From: Cyanophyceae cyanobacterium
GTDB taxonomy: Bacteria; Cyanobacteriota; Cyanobacteriia; Cyanobacteriales; JBHJGN01
Assembly: GCA_050331735.1 (NCBI GenBank)
Contig: JBHJGN010000011.1
Coordinates: 64,001-128,000, forward strand
Direction: 5' to 3'
Length of the DNA: 64,000 nt
Positions within the stretch are counted from its first letter, which is position 1; the number at the start of each line of letters is the position of its first letter. Made by a program: the position numbers and the translations under genes. Shown in pieces: positions 9,531 to 19,625 of the stretch. Under the pieces are notes generated by a model, which ran no database searches, had not been told where the DNA came from, and saw nothing but the letters and a program-made list of their open reading frames with translations.

Positions 9531-10837
9531 ATCGCTCAATTCAGCCTCAAAATTTGCCAGAAGCCGTGGTGTGGTACTACCTCCTGGGCACCTACGTGGT
9601 TTACTACCTGGGCGCTCAGTACGTTGTGACTCCTCTTCTCGGACTGTTTTTGGTCGGCTATTTGAGCAAGCAGTGGTGGCAAGCGGCGAGTTCCGAGCCC
9701 CCCATCACGATCTCGTCGTCGGCGTGGGTATGGGTGGTGGCGATGGTGACGGTAGAGGTGGCCCTCATCATCGGTCATCTAGACTTTGAGTTAGGACTGG
9801 TACAGATTGTTAAATCCTCGGTGAACTGGTGGCTGCGAACCTGGGCGCTGTTTGCTCTCTTTCCGCTAGCCGGACACCTCAACATTCGACCACCCCTAAT
9901 TTATCGAGCGGTATGTATTCTGTGCCTGCAAAGCCTGATTGTCATCGGAATCGGCTGTCTCGCGAGTTTAGTCAATGCTCCGGAAATCGAGTTTTTGTCG
10001 CCGCTAGAACGCTTCTTTCGCGGCACCGCAGACCACTACCACGTCAAGCTGTTTCATGGCGTTATTAATGAGCGACTCCAGCTATTTACTCCCTGGCCCA
10101 CGGGCATTGGGATGTTGGGGAACATCTTTTTTTGGTTTGCCTGCCGAGAGCCAGAGCCGAAATGGCGGTGGCTAGGTCTCATCGGCTCCTTGGTGATGAT
10201 TTTTGCTTCGATGTCTCGGTCCGCGATTGTGTGCCTTCCGTTTGTGGCGATCGTCGTCTTTTTACTCACCAAGGTTCTCTCTCCGTGGCTTTACTTTATC
10301 GCCGGATTTGGCACTTTTTTACTCAGCCTGATCCTGCCAACGCTCATGCAGTTTCTGGAAATCCTCAAAGAACAATTTCAAAATTTTCGCGGCGAAGATT
10401 CTGCGGCTTCTTCCAGGGTCCGCGATGCGTTAGAACGCATGGCGCTAGAGCGCTGGCGGAACGAAGCCCCGATTTGGGGACACGGCATGCTGGAGCTCAG
10501 AGGACCGGCTGTGGTGGCGCACATGCCTATTGGGAGCCATCATACCTGGCTTGGAGTGTTGTTCACTCACGGACTGGTCGGCGGCGTAGCGTTAGCGATC
10601 GCCTTTATCTGGAGCTTTCTTCACCTCTGGTTCAAGGCCCAATCTTCCGATTTAGCCCGGGTCGGCTTAAGCATTATTTTAGTTCTGCTCGTATCTTCTT
10701 TTACCGACAATATTGATAGTTTGGCCTACGTTTACTGGTCGCCTTTACTAGTCTTAGGTTCCGCCTTCAAAGAATCAGTATCGCCTCAACATTTACAAAG
10801 AACTAATCGTTTTTTCATTAACAGTCAAGGGTATTGA
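9527..10837 (+). CDS. Wzy / O-antigen ligase family polymerase
   Basis: Multi-TM protein with SMSRSA, SSRVR, APIWGHG and GSHHTWLGVLFTHGLVG motifs. ATG overlaps the upstream TGA (ATGA at 9527-9530). Confidence 0.85.
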   Translation: MNRSIQPQNLPEAVVWYYLLGTYVVYYLGAQYVVTPLLGLFLVGYLSKQWWQAASSEPPITISSSAWVWVVAMVTVEVALIIGHLDFELGLVQIVKSSVNWWLRTWALFALFPLAGHLNIRPPLIYRAVCILCLQSLIVIGIGCLASLVNAPEIEFLSPLERFFRGTADHYHVKLFHGVINERLQLFTPWPTGIGMLGNIFFWFACREPEPKWRWLGLIGSLVMIFASMSRSAIVCLPFVAIVVFLLTKVLSPWLYFIAGFGTFLLSLILPTLMQFLEILKEQFQNFRGEDSAASSRVRDALERMALERWRNEAPIWGHGMLELRGPAVVAHMPIGSHHTWLGVLFTHGLVGGVALAIAFIWSFLHLWFKAQSSDLARVGLSIILVLLVSSFTDNIDSLAYVYWSPLLVLGSAFKESVSPQHLQRTNRFFINSQGY

Positions 10838-10928
10838 GTCAAAGTGACCAACATCTCCTGAATCAGTGTATACCGGGCAGTCCTCCGAGAACCATCACCA
10901 ATCAACCATCAACCAACACCGAACGACC

Positions 10929-11897
10929 ATGCCAAAAGTTTCCGTGATTATTCCCGCCTACAACACCATGAAGTATCTGCCTGAAACGGTTGAGAGCGTC
11001 CTTCAGCAGACCTTTACCAACTTCGAGGCGATTGTGGTCAACGATGCCAGTAGCGATGGCGTAGAACAGTGGGTGAATCAGCTCAGCGACCCGCGAGTGA
11101 AGCTAATTACTCACGCCGTCAATCAGGGGTTAGCTAAAACGAGAAATACCGGCATCAAGGCGGCGCAGGGAGAACTGCTCGCTTTCCTCGACGGGGACGA
11201 TCTCTGGCAGCCCACGAAATTAGCCCAGCAGGTCCAGCTCCTTGACACTCATCCAGAAGTGGGTCTGATCTATACCTGGGTTGCCTACATCGACGAACAG
11301 GGCAAGGCAACGGGGAGAGTATTTAAACATGAGGCAGAAGGGGATGTCTGGTCGGTGTTAGTTCAGCACAACATTGTCGAGTGCGGCAGTGTCCCCTTGG
11401 TGCGCCGGGAATGCTTAGAAACCGTCGGATGCTTCGATCCCCAACTGAGTCAGTTTAATAACGGCGAAGACTGGGATCTGTGGCTGCGCATCGCCGAGCG
11501 CTATCCCTTTAAGGTGGTCAAGGAACCCCTCGTCTACTATCGGCAACGACCGGCGAGTGGTTCGAGAAACTGGGAAGCAATGGAGAAAAGTTTTCACATT
11601 GTCTTTGAAAAGGCGTTCGCGTCGGCGGCAGCAGTACCGCACTTGAGGAACAAGACCTACGGATTAGCGCACCTGTGTCTAGCTTGGAAACCTCTCCAAA
11701 GCGTCAGCCGAGATTACCAAAAAGCGCGGGAGTACCGCCGTTTGGCGTTGCAATACTGTCCTCGGCTGCGCTTTTCTAAGGAGTACCTGCGCCTCAGTAC
11801 CGCCATATTTACCCTGCGCTGGTTTGGTCCCGACGGCTACCGCCGCTTCTTGACAGTAGCCTATGCGGTGCGTCGGCGCTTGGCAAACTCTCACTAA
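10929..11897 (+). CDS. GT2 glycosyltransferase
   Basis: MPKVSVIIPAYN, VNDASSD, AFLDGDD, EDWDLWLR. Confidence 0.93.
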   Translation: MPKVSVIIPAYNTMKYLPETVESVLQQTFTNFEAIVVNDASSDGVEQWVNQLSDPRVKLITHAVNQGLAKTRNTGIKAAQGELLAFLDGDDLWQPTKLAQQVQLLDTHPEVGLIYTWVAYIDEQGKATGRVFKHEAEGDVWSVLVQHNIVECGSVPLVRRECLETVGCFDPQLSQFNNGEDWDLWLRIAERYPFKVVKEPLVYYRQRPASGSRNWEAMEKSFHIVFEKAFASAAAVPHLRNKTYGLAHLCLAWKPLQSVSRDYQKAREYRRLALQYCPRLRFSKEYLRLSTAIFTLRWFGPDGYRRFLTVAYAVRRRLANSH

Positions 11898-11909
11898 AGG
11901 AACTCAACC

Positions 11910-12878
11910 ATGCCCCAAATCTCGGTGATTATTCCTGCCTACAACGCTGAAGCAACGATTGCCGAAACGATTGAATCGGTACAGCAGCAAACCGTGAGCG
12001 ATTTTGAAATCGTTGTCATTGATGATGGGTCGCGCGATCGCACCCCAGAGGTGTTGGCCAGCATCGCCGAGCCGCGCCTGCGGCTCTTTCAAGAAGAAAA
12101 CGGTGGAGTCGCAACGGCCCGCAATCGGGGGTTCGCCCGCGCCACCGGCGAATTTATTGCCTTTCTAGATGCTGACGATCTGTGGACCCCAAACAAACTA
12201 GAGCAGCAGCTAGCGGCCCTTCAGAGGCGGTCAGAAGCCGGAGTGGCCTATAGCTGGACCTACTACATCGACCACCAGAGTCAAGCCCTCTATCCCGGGA
12301 TGCAGCCACTCTATGAGGGCAATATTTATGCCGAGCTACTGCTGGCGAATATCCTAGCTAATGGCTCCAATCCTCTCATTCGCCGAGTCGCCATTGAGAG
12401 AGTTGGCGGCTTCGATCCCGCCCTCTCAGCAGCAGCCGATTGGGATTTCTACCTGCGCCTAGCGGCCCAGTTTCCCTTTGTGGTCGTTCCCGAGTACCAG
12501 GTGCTCTATCGTCAATCTGCTGGCTCTATGTCCGCCAAAGTGGAAGCGATGAAGGCCGAAATTCTGTTCGTGCTCGAACGAGCCTTTCAAACGGCCTCCC
12601 CAGAACAGTCTTTAAGAAATCGCAGCCTCAGCGCCATTCACCAGTATTGTGCCGAGCTATACCTAAACCACAGCACCGGTCAGGAGCGGCGGATTGCCGA
12701 AAACCTCCAGAGCGCCATTCGCCTCTATCCCCAGTCTCTGCTGCAATGGAACACCCAAAGAACAGTGCTTAAGTTTTTGCTCCAGCGCCTGCCCGCCCCA
12801 GTGGCGCACTCCTTTTGGGAGTGGCGTAACAGCACTCGCCGCCAGTTAGGGTTCAATGATCAAGCTCCCAAAGACTAA
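11910..12878 (+). CDS. GT2 glycosyltransferase
   Basis: MPQISVIIPAYN, IDDGSRD, AFLDADD, ADWDFYLR. Confidence 0.93.
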   Translation: MPQISVIIPAYNAEATIAETIESVQQQTVSDFEIVVIDDGSRDRTPEVLASIAEPRLRLFQEENGGVATARNRGFARATGEFIAFLDADDLWTPNKLEQQLAALQRRSEAGVAYSWTYYIDHQSQALYPGMQPLYEGNIYAELLLANILANGSNPLIRRVAIERVGGFDPALSAAADWDFYLRLAAQFPFVVVPEYQVLYRQSAGSMSAKVEAMKAEILFVLERAFQTASPEQSLRNRSLSAIHQYCAELYLNHSTGQERRIAENLQSAIRLYPQSLLQWNTQRTVLKFLLQRLPAPVAHSFWEWRNSTRRQLGFNDQAPKD

Positions 12879-12907
12879 CCAAATCGACGAGGCGATAGTT
12901 ATTCTAG

Positions 12908-14158
12908 ATGCTAATCAGCAAGCTACAGCAAATCACATCCGGACAGTTTATTCGCAACGTTGGTTGGCTGGGGGGAGCCGAGTTGCTCAATCGTCTCTTC
13001 CGTTTAGGAACTACCGTCACTCTGGCGCGCCTGTTCAGTGCCCAAGACTACGGGTTGATGGCCATTATTTATACCACGTTTGAATTTGCTAACGTCCTCA
13101 CTCTTCGAGGCGGAATCGGAGCCAAAATTATTCAGGCCGATGAAAAAGATGTGCCCACCTTTTGCAATACGTCCTATTGGCTCAACTGGATGCTCTGCGG
13201 AGCCGTCTTTATTGTTCAGTGTGCTGCGGCTTTTCCCATCGCGCGGTTCTACGATAACAATCGGCTCATTCTGCCCCTGTGTACGATGGCCTTGATGTAC
13301 CTGACGCTGCCTCTATTTCTGATTAATACCGCTCTGATTGAGCGGGAAAACCGCCTCAAAATCACGGCCCTCTGTAACGCGGCTCATTCGTTTCTCGTGA
13401 ATCTGATCACCATTTCCTTAGCTCTTTTAGGACTGGGGATCTGGGCGATTGTCTGGTCGATGGTGTTATCGATGCCCGTCTGGATTCTGATTACCTGGAG
13501 AAATCATCCCTGGCGACCCCCAACTACGGTTCACCTGGAGCGATGGCAGGAAATCGCTCGTTTTGCCAAAAATCTGCTTGGCGTAGACTTACTCACTCGG
13601 CTGCGATTGAATCTGGATTACCTGATTGTCGGCAAGTTTCTCGGCATTGAGGAGTTAGGAATCTACTATTTTGCCTTCAACGCTGGTTCCGGTATCACCA
13701 TGAACGTGGTCAATTCTTTGATGCTCGCTCTCTATCCCCATTTATGTTTGGTTAGGCAGCACACCGAGCGGTTCAAAGCTCGGTACTTAAGCAGTCTCAA
13801 AACAATTGCGCTGATTGTCGTGCCGCTGGTGCTGTTGCAGTCTACTTTGGCTCCTTTCTATGTCCCGTTAATTTTTGGCGAGAAGTGGACCAGCGCCATT
13901 CCCGTGCTGATGCTGATTTGTCTCTCGGTCATTCCCCGCACCTTCAAATGGGCGGCTTCGCTGCTGTTCAATGCCACCGACCGCACCCATTTAACTCTGA
14001 CGTTCGATCTGGGGTTTACCCTAATTTTTGCTGCCGCTCTTTTCATCGCCGTTCAAAGTGGAGTGTTGAGCGTAGCGATGGCCGTCCTCACCATCTATCT
14101 GCTCAGTTCCCTGTCCTTTAATATCTTTGCCTGGCGGCAGGTGTTTGCTAAACACTAG
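12908..14158 (+). CDS. Wzx-type (PST/MOP) polysaccharide flippase
   Basis: LARLFSAQDYGL, LDYLIVGKFLGIEELGIYYFAF, IFGEKW; highly hydrophobic multi-TM protein. Confidence 0.9.
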   Translation: MLISKLQQITSGQFIRNVGWLGGAELLNRLFRLGTTVTLARLFSAQDYGLMAIIYTTFEFANVLTLRGGIGAKIIQADEKDVPTFCNTSYWLNWMLCGAVFIVQCAAAFPIARFYDNNRLILPLCTMALMYLTLPLFLINTALIERENRLKITALCNAAHSFLVNLITISLALLGLGIWAIVWSMVLSMPVWILITWRNHPWRPPTTVHLERWQEIARFAKNLLGVDLLTRLRLNLDYLIVGKFLGIEELGIYYFAFNAGSGITMNVVNSLMLALYPHLCLVRQHTERFKARYLSSLKTIALIVVPLVLLQSTLAPFYVPLIFGEKWTSAIPVLMLICLSVIPRTFKWAASLLFNATDRTHLTLTFDLGFTLIFAAALFIAVQSGVLSVAMAVLTIYLLSSLSFNIFAWRQVFAKH

Positions 14159-14212
14159 GAGGTTCCACTCACCGTTTTACTTCGTTCAATCTAATTTTAG
14201 GAATCGTTGATC

Positions 14213-15199
14213 ATGAATCAAGTCACAATTATTGTCGTTCCGCGAGAGCGCTTTAGCTATACCCAACCCTCCTTAGAGAGTGTCTATCAAAATACCGGAA
14301 TGCCGTTTAATTTGGTGTACGTGGATGGTAACTCTCCTCCTCATATTGGGCGCTACCTCGAAGCTCAGACTCAGCAAAGAGGGTTTCAGCTTGTCCGGAG
14401 CAAACAGTACCTCTCTCCCAACCGGGCTCGCAACCTCGGTCTAGCCCAGGTTAACTTCCAGGAAACACAGTACGTTGCCATCATCGATAACGATGTCTTA
14501 GTGAGACCGGGCTGGCTTGAGTCTCTGGTTCAGTGTGCCGAAACAACTGACGCAGGGGCGGTTGGACCCCTTTATCTGGAGGGCAGCGACTTTCAAACAG
14601 TCCACATGGCGGGGGGCACTTCGGTGTTTCGCGAACAGGGAGACCGACGCTGGCTGGTGGAAAAACGACCGTTTATGCGACTGCCCCTAGCCAAAGTGGC
14701 AGACAAGCTCCAGCGTCACCAAACTGATATTTTAGAACTACACTGCATCCTGGTTCGCGCCGAGGTAATGGCTCAAATTGGGTCTTTTGACGAACGAATG
14801 GTCAATATTGGCGAAGAAAGCGACTTTAGCATGACGCTCCGCGCTGCTGGCCACTCTATTTATTTTGAACCCAGTGCCGTGGTGTCTTACGTGCCGCCAC
14901 CGCCCCTTGCTCCGTCGGATTTGCCTTTCTTTTTTGTGCGCTGGAGCCAGCAGTGGTGCCAACAGAGCGTGGCTCATTTTCAAGAAAAATGGAACTTGAC
15001 CGAAAACTCCCCGACTCTGCACCACTATCGCGAGTTTGTAGACAGGCATCGCTACCTGGTCTTTACTCAACCTCAAAAAGGAAAAGGAGCTGGCTACCTC
15101 ACTAAAAAAGCGACTTACTTTGTCTTTGACAAGCTCACGAATCGATACGCCTCGCGCTTACATCCTCCCAAAATTGAGGGACTGGAAGCTCGACCATGA
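14213..15199 (+). CDS. GT2 glycosyltransferase (VVPRERFS subtype)
   Basis: VYVDGNS, ARNLGL, IIDNDVLV, EESDF. Paralogue of 16410-17399. Confidence 0.88.
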   Translation: MNQVTIIVVPRERFSYTQPSLESVYQNTGMPFNLVYVDGNSPPHIGRYLEAQTQQRGFQLVRSKQYLSPNRARNLGLAQVNFQETQYVAIIDNDVLVRPGWLESLVQCAETTDAGAVGPLYLEGSDFQTVHMAGGTSVFREQGDRRWLVEKRPFMRLPLAKVADKLQRHQTDILELHCILVRAEVMAQIGSFDERMVNIGEESDFSMTLRAAGHSIYFEPSAVVSYVPPPPLAPSDLPFFFVRWSQQWCQQSVAHFQEKWNLTENSPTLHHYREFVDRHRYLVFTQPQKGKGAGYLTKKATYFVFDKLTNRYASRLHPPKIEGLEARP

Positions 15200-15264
15200 G
15201 TTGAGAACAACCATCGCTCCTCGGCTGCCCTCCCCAACTCCGAATTAACCCGCTAAACGCTAAG

Positions 15265-16176
15265 ATGCCTGAAATATCTGTTATTATTCCGGCTTACAAT
15301 GCCGAAGAAACCATCCTCAAAACGGTTGCTTCCGTTGAGCAACAAACCTTTGCTGATTTTGAACTGATTATTATCGATGATGAATCGAGCGATCGCACTT
15401 TAGAGCTACTTGAGACCATTAAAGATAACCGAGTTCAGATCTATAGCGATAAAAATGGGGGCACTTCAGTCGCTCGCAATCGCGGGATTGCTCGTGCCAC
15501 TGGAGAGTACGTAACCTTTCTGGATGCTGACGATCTCTGGACGGCTGACAAACTAGAGCGACAGCTTGCCGCTTTCAAGCAACATCCAGAGGCGGGAGTC
15601 ACCTATAGCTGGACTTATTTTTGGTTTGCAGAAAAAGAGCGCATCTATCCAAGCCAGACTGACGAGCACGAAGGCAACGTGTATGCTGAATTATTGATCA
15701 GCAATTTCCTTCACAGTGGCTCGAATCCTCTCATTCGCCGAGAGGCCATTGAGTCTGTCGGCTTGTTCGATCCGACAATTCAGTTAGTCGAGGACTGGGA
15801 CTACTGGTTGCGGCTAGCGGCACACTGGCCATTTGTTCTCGTTCGTAAGCTCCAAATTTATTATCGCCAGCACTCTGGTTCAAAATCGAACAGCCTTGAA
15901 AAGCTAGAGGATAACGTTTTTGCTCTTTTAGATAAAGCCTTTAAAGAAGCTCCCGATGAGCTTCAGTCTCTCAAGCCTCATAGCTTAGCCGTTAACTATC
16001 GGTATCTAGCTCAAAAATCCTTAAACGACTCTAGCAGTTTGAGAGAGATTAATCGCGCTGGTCAAAAGCTGTGGCAGGCGATTTGCTGTTATCCACAAAT
16101 TTTGCAGGATGAGTATACTCACAGACTCATAAGCTGGTTAGTTAAAAAACGCCTATTACAGTTAGTTAATCGGTAA
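15265..16176 (+). CDS. GT2 glycosyltransferase
   Basis: MPEISVIIPAYN, FLDADD, SGSNPLIRR, EDWDYWLR. Paralogue of 11910-12878. Confidence 0.93.
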   Translation: MPEISVIIPAYNAEETILKTVASVEQQTFADFELIIIDDESSDRTLELLETIKDNRVQIYSDKNGGTSVARNRGIARATGEYVTFLDADDLWTADKLERQLAAFKQHPEAGVTYSWTYFWFAEKERIYPSQTDEHEGNVYAELLISNFLHSGSNPLIRREAIESVGLFDPTIQLVEDWDYWLRLAAHWPFVLVRKLQIYYRQHSGSKSNSLEKLEDNVFALLDKAFKEAPDELQSLKPHSLAVNYRYLAQKSLNDSSSLREINRAGQKLWQAICCYPQILQDEYTHRLISWLVKKRLLQLVNR

Positions 16177-16409
16177 GGAATTAAGAAGATTCAATGAGTT
16201 TCAAGGACAATAGCTTGATGAAACCGTCCTGATAACAACCTAGAAAAAGCCTGTCCTGAAAGCCTCAGTTGTTTCAAACGGACTGAATGCCTACAGACAG
16301 ATTAATTCTCCGGAGGCGCAAAAACGAAATCAGTAGATTGGTCAAATAAAGAACTAAAGATTAGGGCCGTACCTTTCCAGAGTAAAAACCACTATTTAGC
16401 TACTTCCTA

Positions 16410-17399
16410 ATGTCAAAAGTTACTATAGTTGTTACTCCCAGAGAACGTTTTAGCTGTACTATTCGCTCTCTAGAAAGTCTCTACCAATACACAACAATTC
16501 CTTTTGAATTAATTTACGTCGATGGCAATTCTCCTAGCAAAGTTAAGCGTTATTTAGCAAAACAGGCCCATCAAAGAAAGTTTCATCATCTGCGGACAGA
16601 TTACTATCTCTCTCCCAATCGAGCGCGTAATTTGGGTTTAAAGTTTGTCAGGACCAAGTATGTCGTGTTTGTGGATAATGATGTCATTGTCTCTCCTGGC
16701 TGGTTATCCCAGTTAGTGCAGTGTGCCGAAGAGACATCGGCGACGGTGGTGGGTCCGTTGATGTGTCAGTACGAACCCGTTCATGAGATAGTGCATTTTG
16801 CCGGGGGAGAGTCTCATATCTTCCGTGATGTAAAAGGGAGAAGACGTTTACGGGAGAAAATGTACTTGCAGGGGAAAAAAGTCGCAGACGTCCGCGATCG
16901 CCTGAAGCGTCAGGAGACCGAATTAGCAGAATTTCACTGTATATTAGTGAAAACTAGCATTTTTGAGCGCATTGGCTACCTAGACGAAGCGATGCTCAAT
17001 ACCAAAGAACATCTTGACTTCTGTTTGCAGGTAAGGGCAGCGGGGGAGAAGATCTATTTTGAGCCGAATTGTGTTGTTACCTATGTACCAGGGCCCCCGT
17101 TAGCACTGACGGATTTGCCTTACTATATGCTGCGCTGGAGTGATGCTTGGGTTCTGAATAGCCTCCAGCGCCTCCGAGAAAAATGGAATCTTGCCGAAGA
17201 TAGCTATTTTACCCGTAAATATCAAGGTCTGGGGTGGCGACGCAGAGATAGCATCATTCACCCTCTAACTTTAGCGTTAACTTTCGGGAGAATGAATGCT
17301 TCTCTAGAAAATTTACTAACGCGCATTGATAAAAAATTCAATCGCTATTTAACAGATCGTTATGCTCGCAAGCATCTCAACGGAGTTAAAAGAAGTTGA
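16410..17399 (+). CDS. GT2 glycosyltransferase (VTPRERFS subtype)
   Basis: IYVDGNS, ARNLGL, FVDNDVIV, EHLDF. Confidence 0.88.
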   Translation: MSKVTIVVTPRERFSCTIRSLESLYQYTTIPFELIYVDGNSPSKVKRYLAKQAHQRKFHHLRTDYYLSPNRARNLGLKFVRTKYVVFVDNDVIVSPGWLSQLVQCAEETSATVVGPLMCQYEPVHEIVHFAGGESHIFRDVKGRRRLREKMYLQGKKVADVRDRLKRQETELAEFHCILVKTSIFERIGYLDEAMLNTKEHLDFCLQVRAAGEKIYFEPNCVVTYVPGPPLALTDLPYYMLRWSDAWVLNSLQRLREKWNLAEDSYFTRKYQGLGWRRRDSIIHPLTLALTFGRMNASLENLLTRIDKKFNRYLTDRYARKHLNGVKRS

Positions 17400-17493
17400 G
17401 GCAGTATTGACAGGATGAATAATAAGGAGGGCAAAGAAGTCAGAAAAGAGAAGCTCGCTAAGTAATATTTGTTTCTTGCCACTAGGTTGTCCA

Positions 17494-18480
17494 ATGTCAA
17501 AGTTAGTTTCAGTGATTATTCCCTGCTTTAACGCTGAAAAATGGTTAAGAGAAGCCATTAGCAGCGTATTAGCACAGACCCATCCTCAAATAGAAATTAT
17601 TGTTATTGACGACGGCTCTAGCGATCGCAGTCTTGAAATTATTAAAAGCTATGGCAACAAAATAACCTGGCATAGCAGAGAGAATGGGGGAGCAAACAGC
17701 GCTAGAAATTTGGGGTTTTCTTTGTCTCACGGCGACTATATTCAGTACTTAGATGCAGACGATTACTTGCTTCCCGCTAAAATTGCTAAACAAGTTCAGT
17801 GTTTACAAGCAGCTTCTATCGACTTTGTTTATGGTGATTGGCGATATCAACATCATTTAGACAGTGGTGAAATTATGTTAGGCGATGTGAACCAGTGCGG
17901 TCCAAAAGATGATTTTTTACAGTCACTATTAGCTAACGAGCGCTGGTCTAATTTAGCACCAATTCTACTGACGCGATCGCTAGTCAGTCGCGTGAGGTGG
18001 GATGAGAGTCTTCCCGCAGCCCAAGATCGTGACTTTTTATTCTCAATAATGTTAGCGGGAGCAAAATGCGCTTATCAATCAGGATGCGACTCTATTTATC
18101 GGATACACGAAGCCAATACCGTTTCGAGAGCTTCTAAACTACGCTGGTTCCAGGCACATTGTTTGGTCATGGAAAAAGCTGAACAAAGTCTCTTAGCACA
18201 GGGTTTGTTGTCTCAAAAATATCAGCAGGCTTTGGCAAAAGCTTACTTAGAAATGGGCAAAGAATATGTGTATAGTAACTGTGGCGTTCGCAATAAATTT
18301 ACTTATTATGCCAAAGCCCTAGATAAGGCTTGCGTCCTTGCTCCCCATTTAGTTATCCAGAATAAAAGCAAAATCTATAAAGTGATTAGTAGCTTGCTGG
18401 GCTATCGAAGGACCGAAAAAATTTCCTATCTATTGTATTCTCAAACCCGTAGGCAATTGCCTATACCTCCCAAAATTTAA
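17494..18480 (+). CDS. GT2 glycosyltransferase
   Basis: MSKLVSVIIPCFN, IDDGSSD, QYLDADD, AQDRDF. Confidence 0.92.
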   Translation: MSKLVSVIIPCFNAEKWLREAISSVLAQTHPQIEIIVIDDGSSDRSLEIIKSYGNKITWHSRENGGANSARNLGFSLSHGDYIQYLDADDYLLPAKIAKQVQCLQAASIDFVYGDWRYQHHLDSGEIMLGDVNQCGPKDDFLQSLLANERWSNLAPILLTRSLVSRVRWDESLPAAQDRDFLFSIMLAGAKCAYQSGCDSIYRIHEANTVSRASKLRWFQAHCLVMEKAEQSLLAQGLLSQKYQQALAKAYLEMGKEYVYSNCGVRNKFTYYAKALDKACVLAPHLVIQNKSKIYKVISSLLGYRRTEKISYLLYSQTRRQLPIPPKI

Positions 18481-18670
18481 TGTTTTATTTGTCCTAACCT
18501 ACTGACAGGGTAGAAGGAGTACATTCAACTACGGTTGCTTCTTAAAAAATATTGCCATTGGCCTTCCTAATTTTAAGGCCAACCGAGAAAAGCAATTAGA
18601 AAAAGAATATAGTTTAAACTTTTTAAACTTCTCAAGTTTTGCTTTTTTAAACACTCAAACGGTAGCTTTC

Positions 18671-19534
18671 ATGACGATCCGAGATTGTGTTAAACCCATA
18701 GTCATATATTCGCCAGAAAGTAAAATCAAGCACCCCAAGTTGCTTTTTAGAGCGATGATCAGAGATTTACTGACTTCTAGAGGCTTAGCTTGGCAATTAA
18801 TGATACGAGACATCAAAGCTCAATATCGTCAATCTTTCCTGGGTATAGTGTGGGCGTTTATACCACCAATTTTTATGGCATTAGGATTTACTTTAGCAAA
18901 ACAATCTAACGTTATTTCTATTGGGGCAACTCCCATGCCCTATCCCGCTTACGTAATGTTTAGTACGGCGCTTTGGCAAACTTTTGTTGAAGCTTTACAT
19001 GGTCCAGTCCAAGCTTTAACCCAAGCAAAGCCGATGCTGGCTAGAATTAATTTTCCGAGAGAGGCCATTATTCTCAGCAAACTCGGTGAAGTTGGATTTA
19101 ACTTTGGAATCAAGCTCATTTTGATAATCGGTTTATTTATCTGGTTTGACGTTGCAGTAAACTGGACGATCGTGTTAGCCCCTGTCGCCCTCATCCACTT
19201 AGTAATGTTGGGCACTCTTGTGGGAGTATTACTAGCTCCCTTGGGAATTTTGTATCAAGACGTTTCTAAGGGAATGAGTATGATTACTAGTTTTTGGTTA
19301 TTCATTACTCCTGTTGTTTATCCTGTCCCCTCCTCGGGTATTTTCGCCGTTCTAGTCAAGTTTAATGTAGTAACTCCTTTATTAGTCACGACGAGGGAAC
19401 TAGCCACAACTGGAACTTTAACCCAGGCGACAGGTTTTTGGCTAGTGAGTGCGCTCACCTTCACTGGATTATTGGTAACTTGGGTTTTCTTACGTTTAGC
19501 GATGCCGTTTGCTATCGAAAGAGTTAGTTCATAA
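18671..19534 (+). CDS. wzm: ABC-2 polysaccharide export permease (Wzm/TagG type)
   Basis: RDIKAQYRQSFLGIVWAF, INFPRE, FITPVVYP; about six TM segments. Confidence 0.9.
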   Translation: MTIRDCVKPIVIYSPESKIKHPKLLFRAMIRDLLTSRGLAWQLMIRDIKAQYRQSFLGIVWAFIPPIFMALGFTLAKQSNVISIGATPMPYPAYVMFSTALWQTFVEALHGPVQALTQAKPMLARINFPREAIILSKLGEVGFNFGIKLILIIGLFIWFDVAVNWTIVLAPVALIHLVMLGTLVGVLLAPLGILYQDVSKGMSMITSFWLFITPVVYPVPSSGIFAVLVKFNVVTPLLVTTRELATTGTLTQATGFWLVSALTFTGLLVTWVFLRLAMPFAIERVSS

Positions 19535-19625
19535 AATGCTTTAACTAAACGAGGCTTATGTAACAGTTGTTATGAGTTGCTAGCTACTCTCTCCAGTCAA
19601 CTTGCCGTATTAAGGACACTAATCA

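Noticed and set aside
16177..16409. JUMPStart/ops element or riboswitch within the glycan locus
   Set aside because: No GGCGGTAG ops motif or recognisable aptamer.
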